Below, one piece after another: positions 17,117 through 26,806 of a DNA stretch of 64,000 nt. Where the stretch lies: assembly GCA_024102635.1 (NCBI GenBank), contig JAGFJO010000078.1:848-64847 (forward strand), written 5' to 3'. The position numbers were made by a program, and so were the translations under genes. The notes beneath the pieces are model-generated. The model did not search any database and was not told where the DNA came from. It saw only the letters and a list, made by a program, of their open reading frames with translations. Each line of letters begins with the position of its first letter. The first letter of the stretch is position 1. Source of the stretch: Deltaproteobacteria bacterium (GTDB lineage: Bacteria > Bdellovibrionota_C > UBA2361 > JAGFJO01).

Positions 17117-18556
17117 TCAGTTCAAACCGCCACAAGCTGTCTCGCCTGCTCCCTTGCCGTTTATATAGGGTGCCTCGCCCTTAGCGCTGTTACCGCTCAG
17201 CTGCTTAAAAACAGGCTCGCCAACCAAATTCTCCGGAGCCGGGAGCTCTAATCGCGGCTCGTTATCTTCCTTTAGGTCTGGTGGTGGTACCGGCGGAAGC
17301 GCCGCTCCGTTTGTAGATGGAATCTTGATTTTAAGTGCCTCGATAAGCCGCGACGCCCGCGCAGCAACGCGCTCAGCCTCTTCAATAATTCCCAATTTCA
17401 AGGCCAAGCCGCTAATAGCTGCTCGCACCTGACGGGATCCCATCGAGGCCAGCGTTCCTCCGGAAGCAGGCCACCTGGAGGAGTGGCGGCAATATGGAAC
17501 GGGCTGCCCAAGCCAATTCTGCTCCTCAAGTTTGCACATTCGATTGATTTCATCGCGGACTATGCGGCTCTCAAGGGCTTTCCTTGCCGCTCCGTTCTCT
17601 ACCATCAAAAGCTCGGAGTTAACGGACATCAAACCACGCACTCGCGCGACCTTCTCGCTTGCAGCGTAAAGGCAGGCTGGATCGCCGGAAACCACAAGCA
17701 CAACGTGATCGGCGGTTCTGTATATCGGACGCAGCAAAGAGGGCGGAGCATTCCCCGCATCCACAATGATACAATCAAACGAGGTGTCCAGCATCTCCAT
17801 GACCGAAAGCAGTGCGCGTGCGTAGTGAGAGCGCGCGTCATAGACGGCATCGGATAGAGGCGCCGGGGGTATGCAATAAAGGTTATCGCTCTCGCTCCAA
17901 ACTTGAATGAGACATTGACTTACGGTTTCCTCCGATATCGGTCTTGTCTGCTCCAAAAGATGCTGAAGATCTTCATTGACAAAGGGCCGGGATTGCAAAA
18001 AGCGCGCAAGGTCCTGTGTCTCGAAGTCAAGGTCGAGCAAAGCTACCCTTCGCTGCGCATCCGCTGCAACCTCCCCCAGTGCTGCAGCGAGCGAAGTGAC
18101 GCCCAATCCTCCTTTGCCGCTATCAATAACTATTAATTTTCCGCCCGGAGCGGCGTGCGATTTTCTGGCAAGCAAAATGATTTTACGTACGAAATCGAAA
18201 CTCCCTGTGGATTCGGAGAATGTGTCATCTGCTCCAAGCCTTGCGATCTGCTCAATGGCGGAGAGGTTTTGCAGCTCCTTTCCGGTCCTTACAATAATGG
18301 CGGATGTGGGTAGCAGCTTTTTTACCGCGGCGATCTCGCTCATCTCGCGGGCTGCAAGCTGGGAGCCTATAATTACAATGTCCGGAGCGGCACGAAATTT
18401 AAGATCGTTCTTACTGCCGGGAACTACGCTAATTCTCGGCAGAAGCAGACGATCCGGTCCCTCGACGTTTAGCAGCGCATTAACTTCAGAAACGAGGGTG
18501 TTTCTCGATTCTGCGCTACTATCAAGAACAAAGATAGTTAACATACGGATTCCCAC
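17117..18556 (-). CDS. cpaE: CpaE/TadZ: receiver-like N-domain plus ParA/MinD-type ATPase, with a Pro-rich C-terminal extension
   Basis: Deviant Walker A motif IDSGKGGLGVTSLAAAL. The N-terminal receiver-like fold and first position in the Tad gene series fit CpaE. Confidence 0.7.
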   Translation of the reverse strand: MGIRMLTIFVLDSSAESRNTLVSEVNALLNVEGPDRLLLPRISVVPGSKNDLKFRAAPDIVIIGSQLAAREMSEIAAVKKLLPTSAIIVRTGKELQNLSAIEQIARLGADDTFSESTGSFDFVRKIILLARKSHAAPGGKLIVIDSGKGGLGVTSLAAALGEVAADAQRRVALLDLDFETQDLARFLQSRPFVNEDLQHLLEQTRPISEETVSQCLIQVWSESDNLYCIPPAPLSDAVYDARSHYARALLSVMEMLDTSFDCIIVDAGNAPPSLLRPIYRTADHVVLVVSGDPACLYAASEKVARVRGLMSVNSELLMVENGAARKALESRIVRDEINRMCKLEEQNWLGQPVPYCRHSSRWPASGGTLASMGSRQVRAAISGLALKLGIIEEAERVAARASRLIEALKIKIPSTNGAALPPVPPPDLKEDNEPRLELPAPENLVGEPVFKQLSGNSAKGEAPYINGKGAGETACGGLN

Positions 18557-18905
18557 TCATCAGTCGCATGCCGCCAGCCCCCGCTGGGAGCCGGGAAATT
18601 TACTAAAATCCTTTTCGCTTAATCTGCGACAAAGTTTCCTGCTAAATGGAAAATTTTCACCCGATGCGGCAAAAACTTAATTCATCAGTAAACTCGCGCT
18701 AACCACGGGGAGGAACCGTCTACACGCCGCTTGAGGAGGCTGTGAGCGGGCCAAACGATAGCAATGAGGAGAGCGGATTACAAAGGAAAATGTTCTGATA
18801 CAATCTAATACAAACAGGATCGTTCTTCGAAATGTTAGGGCGGGCCTACCAAGGCGATGGAAGGCGTTCAAACTCCTCCTCTGCCCATTACTTGCCTCAA
18901 CAATA

Positions 18906-21900
18906 CTAGTAGCGCCTCTTAGCGCTCCTTTTTACCTTGTTTATCTTGAGCCGCACCGGCTTGGTATACACCTTCTCGCTTTTCTCGCTTACAGTAAGCA
19001 CTCCGCGAACCTGATAGGTTCCCGGCTTAAGTTTCGCCCTAAGTAGCTGAAGCTTGGGCTGATTGCCGCTCCCTTTGATATTCTTCCATTTGGAGAAAAC
19101 CTTCTTTCCTCCTTTCTTAATGAGCGACCGCATCTGCCACTTCACGTGTACGAACTGGCCGGTAGGGTTGATGTAGTTAAGCTCAATATCGATATTCGGA
19201 TTGTTGCTGTTAAGCGGCGGCTGCTTGACGATTGGTTTCCCGATTACAGAGATATTCTTATTCTCTTGATTGACTGGTCTGGCTATGAAGTTGAAGCCAT
19301 CTGCTTCCTTATCGGCAGTAAGAGAGTAAAATGCCGGGCTGAAGTAGTAGCTGCTGCTTGTTGGATTGATGGTGACCGGCTTGTTAAGCGGCACGTCCAA
19401 GTAAAACGACCCATCCGCCCCCGTTGTTACAGAGCCGTGCTCGGTGAGAATGGATATGCTTGGAACGCCCCTGCCCGATTCGTCGAGAACCGTTCCCGAA
19501 AGGCGGGCTGCGGTATGCTGCCCGATCAAGGTAACACTTGCGCTGCTTCCGCTAGAAGTCACAGAGGTGGTCTGTGTAAATTGATACCCGGCTCTTCTCG
19601 CAGTTATATCGCATACGCTTTCCAATGGGAGTCCTGAGAATAGGAATGAGCCGTCCTCACCGCTTTTAATGCGGCGTATCCCATAGCTCCCGTAACTCGA
19701 TGTGCAGCGCAGCTCAAGATTGGCTCCCAGCACCGGGGCGCTGGTCTGATCTAGAACTTTGCCGGAGATTAGATCTCCTGCTCCTTCAATCAGTTTGAAA
19801 TCGAGGCGCTCAGCGGCACCGGTAGATAGTATGCTCGCTTCAGGGGGATAAAAGTGATTGCCGCTTAGTTTGGGCGTAAGAAAGTACTCCACTCCAGATT
19901 CGGCATTTATGAACCTATAAAATCCTATGGACGAAGATACCGCCGGTGACTTTCCTGTGTGATCTACAAGTCCATCACTGCCGTCTATGATAACTCCCGG
20001 GACAGTCAGATTGGCGGCGTTCCAAACATAGCCAGTAATCCAGTTAGCGCCGGGCATTGCCTCGAATACGATACTTTGAGAGCCTGATGTGCCGCTTACC
20101 GTAGCTGACGATGGAATAAAATTTAGCAGCGGATGGAATGCGCTTATTGAGTGAGTGCTGCCTGACGGAAGGTCAATAAAGTAATTCCCGTCCAAATCCC
20201 GCTCCTCGATAATAGCGTAATTCGTGTAAAAGCTCGCGTCTTTAACCTCTGTCCCGCCGGCAAAAGCGCTTACTACCACCCGGTAAAAACCCGAAGGCGG
20301 CTGCACGAGGTCGCGGATAAGAGTGAAATTGAGGCCGGAGAGATCCTCCTCCGATGCCAACTGATGCTGGGGCGGCTCAAATCCCCGAAGTTCGGATTCG
20401 GCAGAAAGAGATAGCTGCGCACCGCGGGGAACCTTCAGTGAGAACCGCCCATCCGGACCGGAGCGTCCGGCTATTGCGCCGTTCACCACCAGAGAAATTC
20501 CCGGCATGCCTGCCTCGCCATTGAGAACCTGCCCGCTAATATTGACAAGCTGCCTTTCGCCGTGGCTTGCGACAAACTCCCGAACCCGCTTAAGTGAGTG
20601 AGCCTCGTTCGCATAATTCGGCACGCCTAACGGTTCGCCCAGCACGGTCAGGTCAGAGTTTGAAAAGTAGTTAATGAGGCGTCCGTAAGGCCACTCCTCC
20701 GAGTCGAGATATGACATGACTGTTGCATGAAGATATCCGTTTGCGAAAAATCTATGCCCGTATGAGTCGTCAAATGCAGCTCCGCCGGCGCTGTGAAAGT
20801 GGTCGTGATTAAGACCCATATTGTGCCCAAGTTCATGAGCAAACACGCGCGCCCCGCAGCTGCCTCTGCTGTCTCCAGTGAAGAGAGCGGCCATGACGTT
20901 AAAAGATCTATCTCGCGCCCATAGCGGCATTCCGGGGCGCGGGATCCAACCGAGTCCGCAAAGCGGCCGCTGCAAAGAGCCGTCGAGCTCTCGCAGATAA
21001 TCGTTTAGGAGAAGCGTTACTATGTCAGCTCCTAGACGCGTGCGGGCCTCAAATACTTCGTCCCACACGCCGTCGCGCTCAGTTATGGCGGAGAGATCGC
21101 GAATACCGATACCGTTCTCGTTCTGGCTAAGCGCTAGAAGTCCGACAAGCCGCAGCTTTATACCGGCTTCGCTTCGCTTGAAGATGTTGTTAGTTTCTAT
21201 GATCATGCTTCTCACAAGCGCTTCGATGCGGGACACCGAGCCGGCAGCGGAGAGAGTGTTAGGGGTATAAGCTACAAGGATATCGATCTCCGCCAGATCA
21301 TCTCCCGATAGGTCCATTAAGATCTCTGCTGCCAAGGGCTGATCTGCTGATACCTGTAGGGGAAGCTTTCCGGCGGTGCCTGTACGAGCGGCTTCAGCCT
21401 CATAAACTGCATGAGCGCTCATGAAAGATGGGGATGCCGGTGTGGGTTCCGAGGTTATAGTCGGCTGAGGGGTCGGCGTCGGATCAGGAGGCAGCTGATC
21501 AACAGCGCAAAAGTCACTCATGTTCGGAGGAGCCGCCGGCCGCAACGTTATACCGCAGTTGTTGGACACTATCTCCTGCGCTTGGGTTGAACCGTCGACC
21601 TGAATAAGCTCTATTTTCCCGTGAACCACCTCTTGCCCCTGGGGCCCGGCTGAGGCAAACGCAAGCGTACCGTCTTCGGCAATGCCTGCTTGAATCACGG
21701 AAGCGGCTTCAGAAAGAGAGTTGAGTTTTGCAAGCCTTCCAAACACGGCATGCGAATCTGCCTCTGACTCAAAGGAGTCAACGAAGAGAATAAAATCTCC
21801 ATCGGGCAGTCTTAAAAGATAGTGCTGCTCCGGAGCCGCGAGCGCACCACACGAGAGTGTAAATTCTTTTAGTGACTGCTGCGCCCCCGCCGGGTGGCAT

Positions 21901-21995
21901 AGGACCAGTATCAGAGTGAGAGCGGTAATAGAAATCAAAAGAGATAAGGGGCGGAAGTTGGTGCAGAGTTTTAAAGAACGGGACAGTGAAGGCAT
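18906..21995 (-). CDS. Secreted metzincin (reprolysin/M12B-like) zinc metalloprotease with multiple CarboxypepD_reg-like beta-sandwich repeats and a basic C-terminal tail
   Basis: Zinc-binding motif HELGHNMGLNHDH followed by a Met-turn (ATVMSY). A signal peptide follows the Met at ~21995; the ORF-track start is 22061. The repeated GxDGxF(S/Y)L motifs (GPDGRFSLKVP, GEDGSFLFSGLP, GADGSFYLDVP) mark the CarboxypepD_reg repeats. Confidence 0.7.
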   Translation of the reverse strand: MPSLSRSLKLCTNFRPLSLLISITALTLILVLCHPAGAQQSLKEFTLSCGALAAPEQHYLLRLPDGDFILFVDSFESEADSHAVFGRLAKLNSLSEAASVIQAGIAEDGTLAFASAGPQGQEVVHGKIELIQVDGSTQAQEIVSNNCGITLRPAAPPNMSDFCAVDQLPPDPTPTPQPTITSEPTPASPSFMSAHAVYEAEAARTGTAGKLPLQVSADQPLAAEILMDLSGDDLAEIDILVAYTPNTLSAAGSVSRIEALVRSMIIETNNIFKRSEAGIKLRLVGLLALSQNENGIGIRDLSAITERDGVWDEVFEARTRLGADIVTLLLNDYLRELDGSLQRPLCGLGWIPRPGMPLWARDRSFNVMAALFTGDSRGSCGARVFAHELGHNMGLNHDHFHSAGGAAFDDSYGHRFFANGYLHATVMSYLDSEEWPYGRLINYFSNSDLTVLGEPLGVPNYANEAHSLKRVREFVASHGERQLVNISGQVLNGEAGMPGISLVVNGAIAGRSGPDGRFSLKVPRGAQLSLSAESELRGFEPPQHQLASEEDLSGLNFTLIRDLVQPPSGFYRVVVSAFAGGTEVKDASFYTNYAIIEERDLDGNYFIDLPSGSTHSISAFHPLLNFIPSSATVSGTSGSQSIVFEAMPGANWITGYVWNAANLTVPGVIIDGSDGLVDHTGKSPAVSSSIGFYRFINAESGVEYFLTPKLSGNHFYPPEASILSTGAAERLDFKLIEGAGDLISGKVLDQTSAPVLGANLELRCTSSYGSYGIRRIKSGEDGSFLFSGLPLESVCDITARRAGYQFTQTTSVTSSGSSASVTLIGQHTAARLSGTVLDESGRGVPSISILTEHGSVTTGADGSFYLDVPLNKPVTINPTSSSYYFSPAFYSLTADKEADGFNFIARPVNQENKNISVIGKPIVKQPPLNSNNPNIDIELNYINPTGQFVHVKWQMRSLIKKGGKKVFSKWKNIKGSGNQPKLQLLRAKLKPGTYQVRGVLTVSEKSEKVYTKPVRLKINKVKRSAKRRY

Positions 21996-22169
21996 GAGCC
22001 GGTTTTTCCTTTTATTTCCCCTCGCTCCCGAGGCTTTGGATGAGCCTCTCCTGTGAAGCACTCGGTACGGTGTTCCAACCTAAATAGATCTAGGGCCAGC
22101 GACCTTCTGATCCACCTTTAACGAGAAAGAAACTCGTTTGTTATTAAACACTTGCGTGAGCAGAGCTTT

Positions 22170-23573
22170 CTATTCTGCCCGCTCAGAGGTTTTGAAGTCT
22201 CGCCCGGCTATTAACACAGCTAGGGTAAACATCGGCAAAAGCCCAATGACTCTGGCTTGGTAACGGGCAAGCGGAGTGGAAAGCGCCCCGCATATCGCCG
22301 CGTTAATCAACAGATAAAGTGGGAGCCAGTAAAGCGCTGTGCGCAGATCTCGTGAAACACGCCTACTTTTTGTAATCAGAATTAAGAGAAAGGCCAGCAC
22401 TATAAACGGGTAAAGAGTGCTCTGTATGGAGGCTATTGACTCGAAGCGATTCCTAAGAACCTCATTGTGAGTCATCTGATATGAGCTTTTAACCTGACGG
22501 TAATCTGATGGAAACCGATCCCTCAGAATCCCTTCCGGTAGATAAACATTCAGTAAGCTCCAAGAGTCAACGAAGGTGACTAGCTGTTCCCCGGTTCTTA
22601 GAATCCAAAGCTGTAAGACAGAAAAAGGGTGGTTCAGTACAATGTCCTTAAGAAGTCTCTTATATTCGGCAACCCGTTCCTTCCCCGCTTTATCAGTTAT
22701 CTTTGTCTCATCTACTACCCAAAAAAAGTATCCGGGGTGATCATTAATCTTGTCCAGGTGATCGCAAAGCATGTATTTTTTCTCCGCGCAGTTTTCCCTG
22801 AGGTAATCAACCACCAAACCGCCTTTAATCAACGAGCCAAGCGGCAGGGCAGCAACACGGTACGGAAACGGCTCGCCATGCTTTGTTGTATTGTAGTAGG
22901 CCGCAGAAGCTACAAGGAGCAAGCCTAACAGCGCAGCAAATAGCGCCTTTCGTCCTCGCTTCACCTTCTGAATCAGTGCGCCTAAAAAGGCACTGGCCGT
23001 TATGGGCAAAAAACTCACGTGAAACGCAGAAATCAAAAATAGTGCTCCAGCCGCAATCAAGTGCCCGCTCATCGATTTTGCAGTAATTAAATGTAGGAGG
23101 ATGAAAAAAATAAATAGAGCAAAAACATCGGGATGAACGCGCGAAAAATATAATGGGGCCGGGCTCAAAAGGGCTAGAGCGAACGTACCCGAAAAGAAAA
23201 TTCTCCCCGGCCGTTCGGGAAATAAATGCCTGCATGCAAGGCCCCAAAGAATAAACAGCAAGATGCACTGTGCCAAGAGAGTAAACCATAATGAGATTCC
23301 AAGTGATGTTATGGCAGCAAAAGTTCCATAGAATGCGGACGGGCGGAGATCAACGTGTCTTCCTCGCAGCCCCTCGTCCAGGTAGTTTACTGAGTCTCCG
23401 AGCATAAAAAGCGGCGCACCATTATAGATGGCAGGCGCTAACAGAGTCAGAGTCGCAGCAACGCTCAGGGTTAGAGCAGTAAGAACCCGCGCAGTAGTGC
23501 GTTGAAACGATCGTTGGCTATCGAGGGATTGATTTGATTGCCGCATGCTCGTGAACCGCGCTAAGGTTAACAC
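22170..23573 (-). CDS. Polytopic membrane protein, putative GT-C-fold glycosyltransferase (ArnT/PMT-like)
   Basis: About 9 predicted TM helices. The first loop contains LGDSVNYLDEG (acidic DE motif). It is divergent from a GT2 polyprenol-phosphate glycosyltransferase-like gene. Confidence 0.4.
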   Translation of the reverse strand: MLTLARFTSMRQSNQSLDSQRSFQRTTARVLTALTLSVAATLTLLAPAIYNGAPLFMLGDSVNYLDEGLRGRHVDLRPSAFYGTFAAITSLGISLWFTLLAQCILLFILWGLACRHLFPERPGRIFFSGTFALALLSPAPLYFSRVHPDVFALFIFFILLHLITAKSMSGHLIAAGALFLISAFHVSFLPITASAFLGALIQKVKRGRKALFAALLGLLLVASAAYYNTTKHGEPFPYRVAALPLGSLIKGGLVVDYLRENCAEKKYMLCDHLDKINDHPGYFFWVVDETKITDKAGKERVAEYKRLLKDIVLNHPFSVLQLWILRTGEQLVTFVDSWSLLNVYLPEGILRDRFPSDYRQVKSSYQMTHNEVLRNRFESIASIQSTLYPFIVLAFLLILITKSRRVSRDLRTALYWLPLYLLINAAICGALSTPLARYQARVIGLLPMFTLAVLIAGRDFKTSERAE

Positions 23574-23607
23574 ATCACTTAATTAGCGCCCAATCCAGGA
23601 ATTAGAC

Positions 23608-24315
23608 GTGCGGAAGCTCATAATTCAGATCCCTTGTTACAATGAGGAGGAAAGTCTTCCTGTGACACTACACGCGCTTCCGACCAGCGTCGAAGGATTC
23701 GACGCTGTCGAAATACTCGTAATCGATGACGGTTCTACAGACGGCACAGTCGATGCCGCGAGACGTGGGGGCGTAAAGCACATCATTTCCTTGCAGGAGC
23801 ACAGGGGTCTGGCAAAAGCATTCGTTACAGGATTGATGGAAAGTGTGAAGCGCGGTGCCTGGGCGATTGTCAATATTGACGGCGATAATCAATATCAAGC
23901 GGATGATATCGCCAAACTGGTTGAGCCAATAGCTTTGGAGGAGGTCAGGGTCACCATAGGCGAGCGGCCACTGAGAGCGATTCCGTGGTTCGGCGAAGTT
24001 AAAAAAGCACTTCATGCCTTAGGCAATATAGTAATCTCCAAGCTGACCGGACTGAGGATTAAAGACGCCACGTCCGGCTTCAGAGCAATTCGTGCTGACC
24101 TTGTTCCTAGTCTACGCATCGACTCTGATTACAGCTACACTATAGAGATGATTCTCAGGCTTGCGTGGAGTGATGAGCCGATCCGTTTTATCCCTATCAG
24201 AGTGAACGCTAACGTACTCCGCCCTTCCCGGCTAATCCGAAGTAACACTCAGTACATTCTTAAAACTATCTGGATCATCTTTCGTTGTATGATATCGAAG
24301 TGCAAATCAAGGTAG
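23608..24315 (+). CDS. GT2 glycosyltransferase, polyprenol-phosphate sugar synthase type (DPM1/ArnC-like); GTG start
   Basis: IPCYNEEESL, VIDDGSTDGT and NIDGDNQYQ motifs. An AGGAA SD lies 8 nt upstream of the GTG. Confidence 0.75.
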   Translation: MRKLIIQIPCYNEEESLPVTLHALPTSVEGFDAVEILVIDDGSTDGTVDAARRGGVKHIISLQEHRGLAKAFVTGLMESVKRGAWAIVNIDGDNQYQADDIAKLVEPIALEEVRVTIGERPLRAIPWFGEVKKALHALGNIVISKLTGLRIKDATSGFRAIRADLVPSLRIDSDYSYTIEMILRLAWSDEPIRFIPIRVNANVLRPSRLIRSNTQYILKTIWIIFRCMISKCKSR

Positions 24316-24329
24316 CGCTTGAGATTGAA

Positions 24330-24932
24330 ATGCCGAATATAGCAGGTAACTACTTCGACAAATACTCCAGCAGGAATTGGTTTCACAGAATACTGATATC
24401 TGGTTTCCTAAAAGTACTGGAAGAAATGGTTGAAACTTCCAAGGCGCGCACTATCTTTGAATGTGGCTGCGGCGAGGGCTACTTGAGCCTTCACCTCTTG
24501 AAGCGTGGCTATAAAGTGGAGGGCTGCGACTTGGATCAAACAGTCGTTGGCATAGCAAATAGCCGTGCCGAGAGCGAGGGGTTCGGCACTCCGTTCCATG
24601 CTAAGAGCATCTATGACCTAGAGCCCCTGAGCCCAGCGCCTGATCTGGTAATGGCATGCGAAGTGCTCGAGCACCTCGAAGATCCCGCCGCTGCAGTCGA
24701 GCGAATTAGGCAAATAACGGCAGAATGGGCGATATTTTCAGTGCCTAACGAACCTATATGGCGGATTTTGAATGTTCTGCGCTTGAGGTACCTTGCGCGG
24801 CTCGGCAACACCCCCGGCCACATTCAGCACTGGACTCCGCGGCAGTTCGCGAATTTGATATCTAAGTACTTTCATGTGGTCGATATCAGAAAACCTCTTC
24901 CGTGGACCTTTCTTCGATGCCGCAAGCGTTAG
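24330..24932 (+). CDS. Class I SAM-dependent methyltransferase
   Basis: Motif I FECGCGEGYLSLHLLKRGYKVEGCDLD. The start was moved to the Met after the GT2 stop; the ORF-track TTG start is at 24285. Confidence 0.7.
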   Translation: MPNIAGNYFDKYSSRNWFHRILISGFLKVLEEMVETSKARTIFECGCGEGYLSLHLLKRGYKVEGCDLDQTVVGIANSRAESEGFGTPFHAKSIYDLEPLSPAPDLVMACEVLEHLEDPAAAVERIRQITAEWAIFSVPNEPIWRILNVLRLRYLARLGNTPGHIQHWTPRQFANLISKYFHVVDIRKPLPWTFLRCRKR

Positions 24933-24950
24933 AGACCGCTCCCCACTAGC

Positions 24951-26657
24951 TCAATCCTTGCCGAACTTGCCAGCAATTCGCGCCTGGACCGACTGCTGCA
25001 TACAGGGAAGGTAGTTTGCCTGTATCTGACTGAGCATTGCGGAGCTGCTGCTGACCAGCCTTCGCTGGTCGCAAAGTTGGCTAAAGTAAAGCTCCGCGTT
25101 TGTAAGATCACCAATCGCCAGCGCAGTCTGAGCTACTTCAAATCTTAAGGCCGCAAAGTCATCCAGCACTAAAGCTAGCTCCAGCGCAAATTGATAGATA
25201 TCTCGGTTTGATTTAATCAACGGAAGAAATCTCCGCTCTAAATCCGGGTAAAAGATCTGCCGGCTGTATGGATCAATCTCCGCCATTGCCTCAATAACCC
25301 GCCGCCAATCTTCCGTGCCCAGTTCTTTAGTCGATCGATACCACGCCTTGAGAATGGCAAGCCTGAGATCGCGCGGGAAGCGAGCTATATACTCATCCAT
25401 CAAATTCAAGCACTCTCCGCTACCAGATGCCGCTAAAGCCGCAAGAAGCACAAGCGCCACATCGATATTCCACGGATTGTAATTAAGTTCAGTGCGAAGC
25501 AAGTTCAGGGCGTCATCCTTTAGTCCCCTTGCCACCGCTTTACGATATGCGTCGAAAGCGAGGCTGGTGCGGCTTTGTGACACCAGATCCGAAGCAAGCT
25601 CGTGGTAACCCGGGCCTTGCTTCCACTCAAAGGAAGACTTGGCAGCGGGCAGATAACTTCTATATAACTCAAGTCTTTCGCTGCGAAGCCTATCCTGCCG
25701 CTCGCTCTCTACGTAGCGATAGCACCTCTCTGCATCTACAGCGATTTTCGACGGATCCTGTAGATAGCTTTCGACTAGAAGCGAAAGATCGTGCAGCGAA
25801 GTAAAGGCCGGAGCGCCGGTTTTTGCGAGAAAGTCGTGATAGGGCGGCGCCTTCGAAACGATTGGCAGCACACCCCAAGCGGCAAGTTCGACCGCCTTAA
25901 TGTCGCTGCGGCAGTTGTTGTAAGGAGTATCTAATATCGGCACAAGGCCGATGTGCAGCTGCTTTATAAATTCATAATACTGCTGCATACTGCCCCACCC
26001 TCTGAACACGAAGCGATCAGACGGCAGCTTTAATAGCTCCGGCAATGAGTCGTTGCCCATCACCATTATCTTCACATTACGGTAGCGCTCGATAATTTCA
26101 TTGAATAGCGGAGCAATCGCTAAAAGGTCGGGCACATGGCCGAGCGACCCCGCCCATCCGATGCGAATCTCATTCGCCGGAGACTCAAAGACCGAGGAGA
26201 AAGGCTCAAGATCCAGGTGTATGTAGTTCTCCAGTATATGTACCGGCCTATCGGTGTGCTGCTTGAAAAGCTGCTCTAAGCCCTTTCCGGTTACCATTAT
26301 TCCATCAGCTTCCTGCATGAAAATTTCATAAATCTGCCAAAGCAGCGGCGACTTCCATTGCATCGCCACCGGCGATGCCCATGGAGGATCGTAGAAGTTG
26401 TCGTTGTACTCGACTAAAGTTTTCTTCCCCAGCTTGCGCCTTGCGGCAATTACCGGAAGCCAATCAAAATCGCTGCACTGATAGAGCACCAGAAGATCGG
26501 CGGCTTCTCCAAGCTTGAACCGATCGCTTGAACGGGCATCAACGCTGAGCACTCGTAGCTCTGAATCCTGAAGGCAGAGGCGGCGCGCCGGCCAGCGCAT
26601 GCGGTAGTAGCTATCTCCGGTTTCGTCGATTAGAACTGTTTGAACGATGGTATACAT
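24951..26657 (-). CDS. Putative GT-B-fold glycosyltransferase with C-terminal TPR-like helical region
   Basis: Rossmann-like alternation and the GT4-like segment IGLVPILDTPYNNCRSDIKAVELAAWGVLPIV. The C-terminal ~200 aa are helical-repeat-like. Confidence 0.4.
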   Translation of the reverse strand: MYTIVQTVLIDETGDSYYRMRWPARRLCLQDSELRVLSVDARSSDRFKLGEAADLLVLYQCSDFDWLPVIAARRKLGKKTLVEYNDNFYDPPWASPVAMQWKSPLLWQIYEIFMQEADGIMVTGKGLEQLFKQHTDRPVHILENYIHLDLEPFSSVFESPANEIRIGWAGSLGHVPDLLAIAPLFNEIIERYRNVKIMVMGNDSLPELLKLPSDRFVFRGWGSMQQYYEFIKQLHIGLVPILDTPYNNCRSDIKAVELAAWGVLPIVSKAPPYHDFLAKTGAPAFTSLHDLSLLVESYLQDPSKIAVDAERCYRYVESERQDRLRSERLELYRSYLPAAKSSFEWKQGPGYHELASDLVSQSRTSLAFDAYRKAVARGLKDDALNLLRTELNYNPWNIDVALVLLAALAASGSGECLNLMDEYIARFPRDLRLAILKAWYRSTKELGTEDWRRVIEAMAEIDPYSRQIFYPDLERRFLPLIKSNRDIYQFALELALVLDDFAALRFEVAQTALAIGDLTNAELYFSQLCDQRRLVSSSSAMLSQIQANYLPCMQQSVQARIAGKFGKD

Positions 26658-26806
26658 GAGCGAGGCGTTTGCCTGATACAGGGCTATATATTTTGATTGC
26701 CGGAAGCGCCGCTACGGTTCGCAAATGAGGCGCAAGATTGAGTGAGGCAAGTAAGCGAAATCAGCCGCTTAAGGGGCTGATTCACGTCCTTTCCCCGCAG
26801 TGACTA

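Noticed and set aside
17976-18680. 234-aa + strand ORF
   Set aside because: It is antisense to cpaE/tadZ and has a Ser/Ala-rich low-complexity translation.
26764-26787. 8-bp stem / 8-nt loop hairpin (aatcagcc gcttaagg ggctgatt) after the P-type ATPase gene, as a terminator
   Set aside because: No U-tract follows on the minus strand. It is too weak to call.
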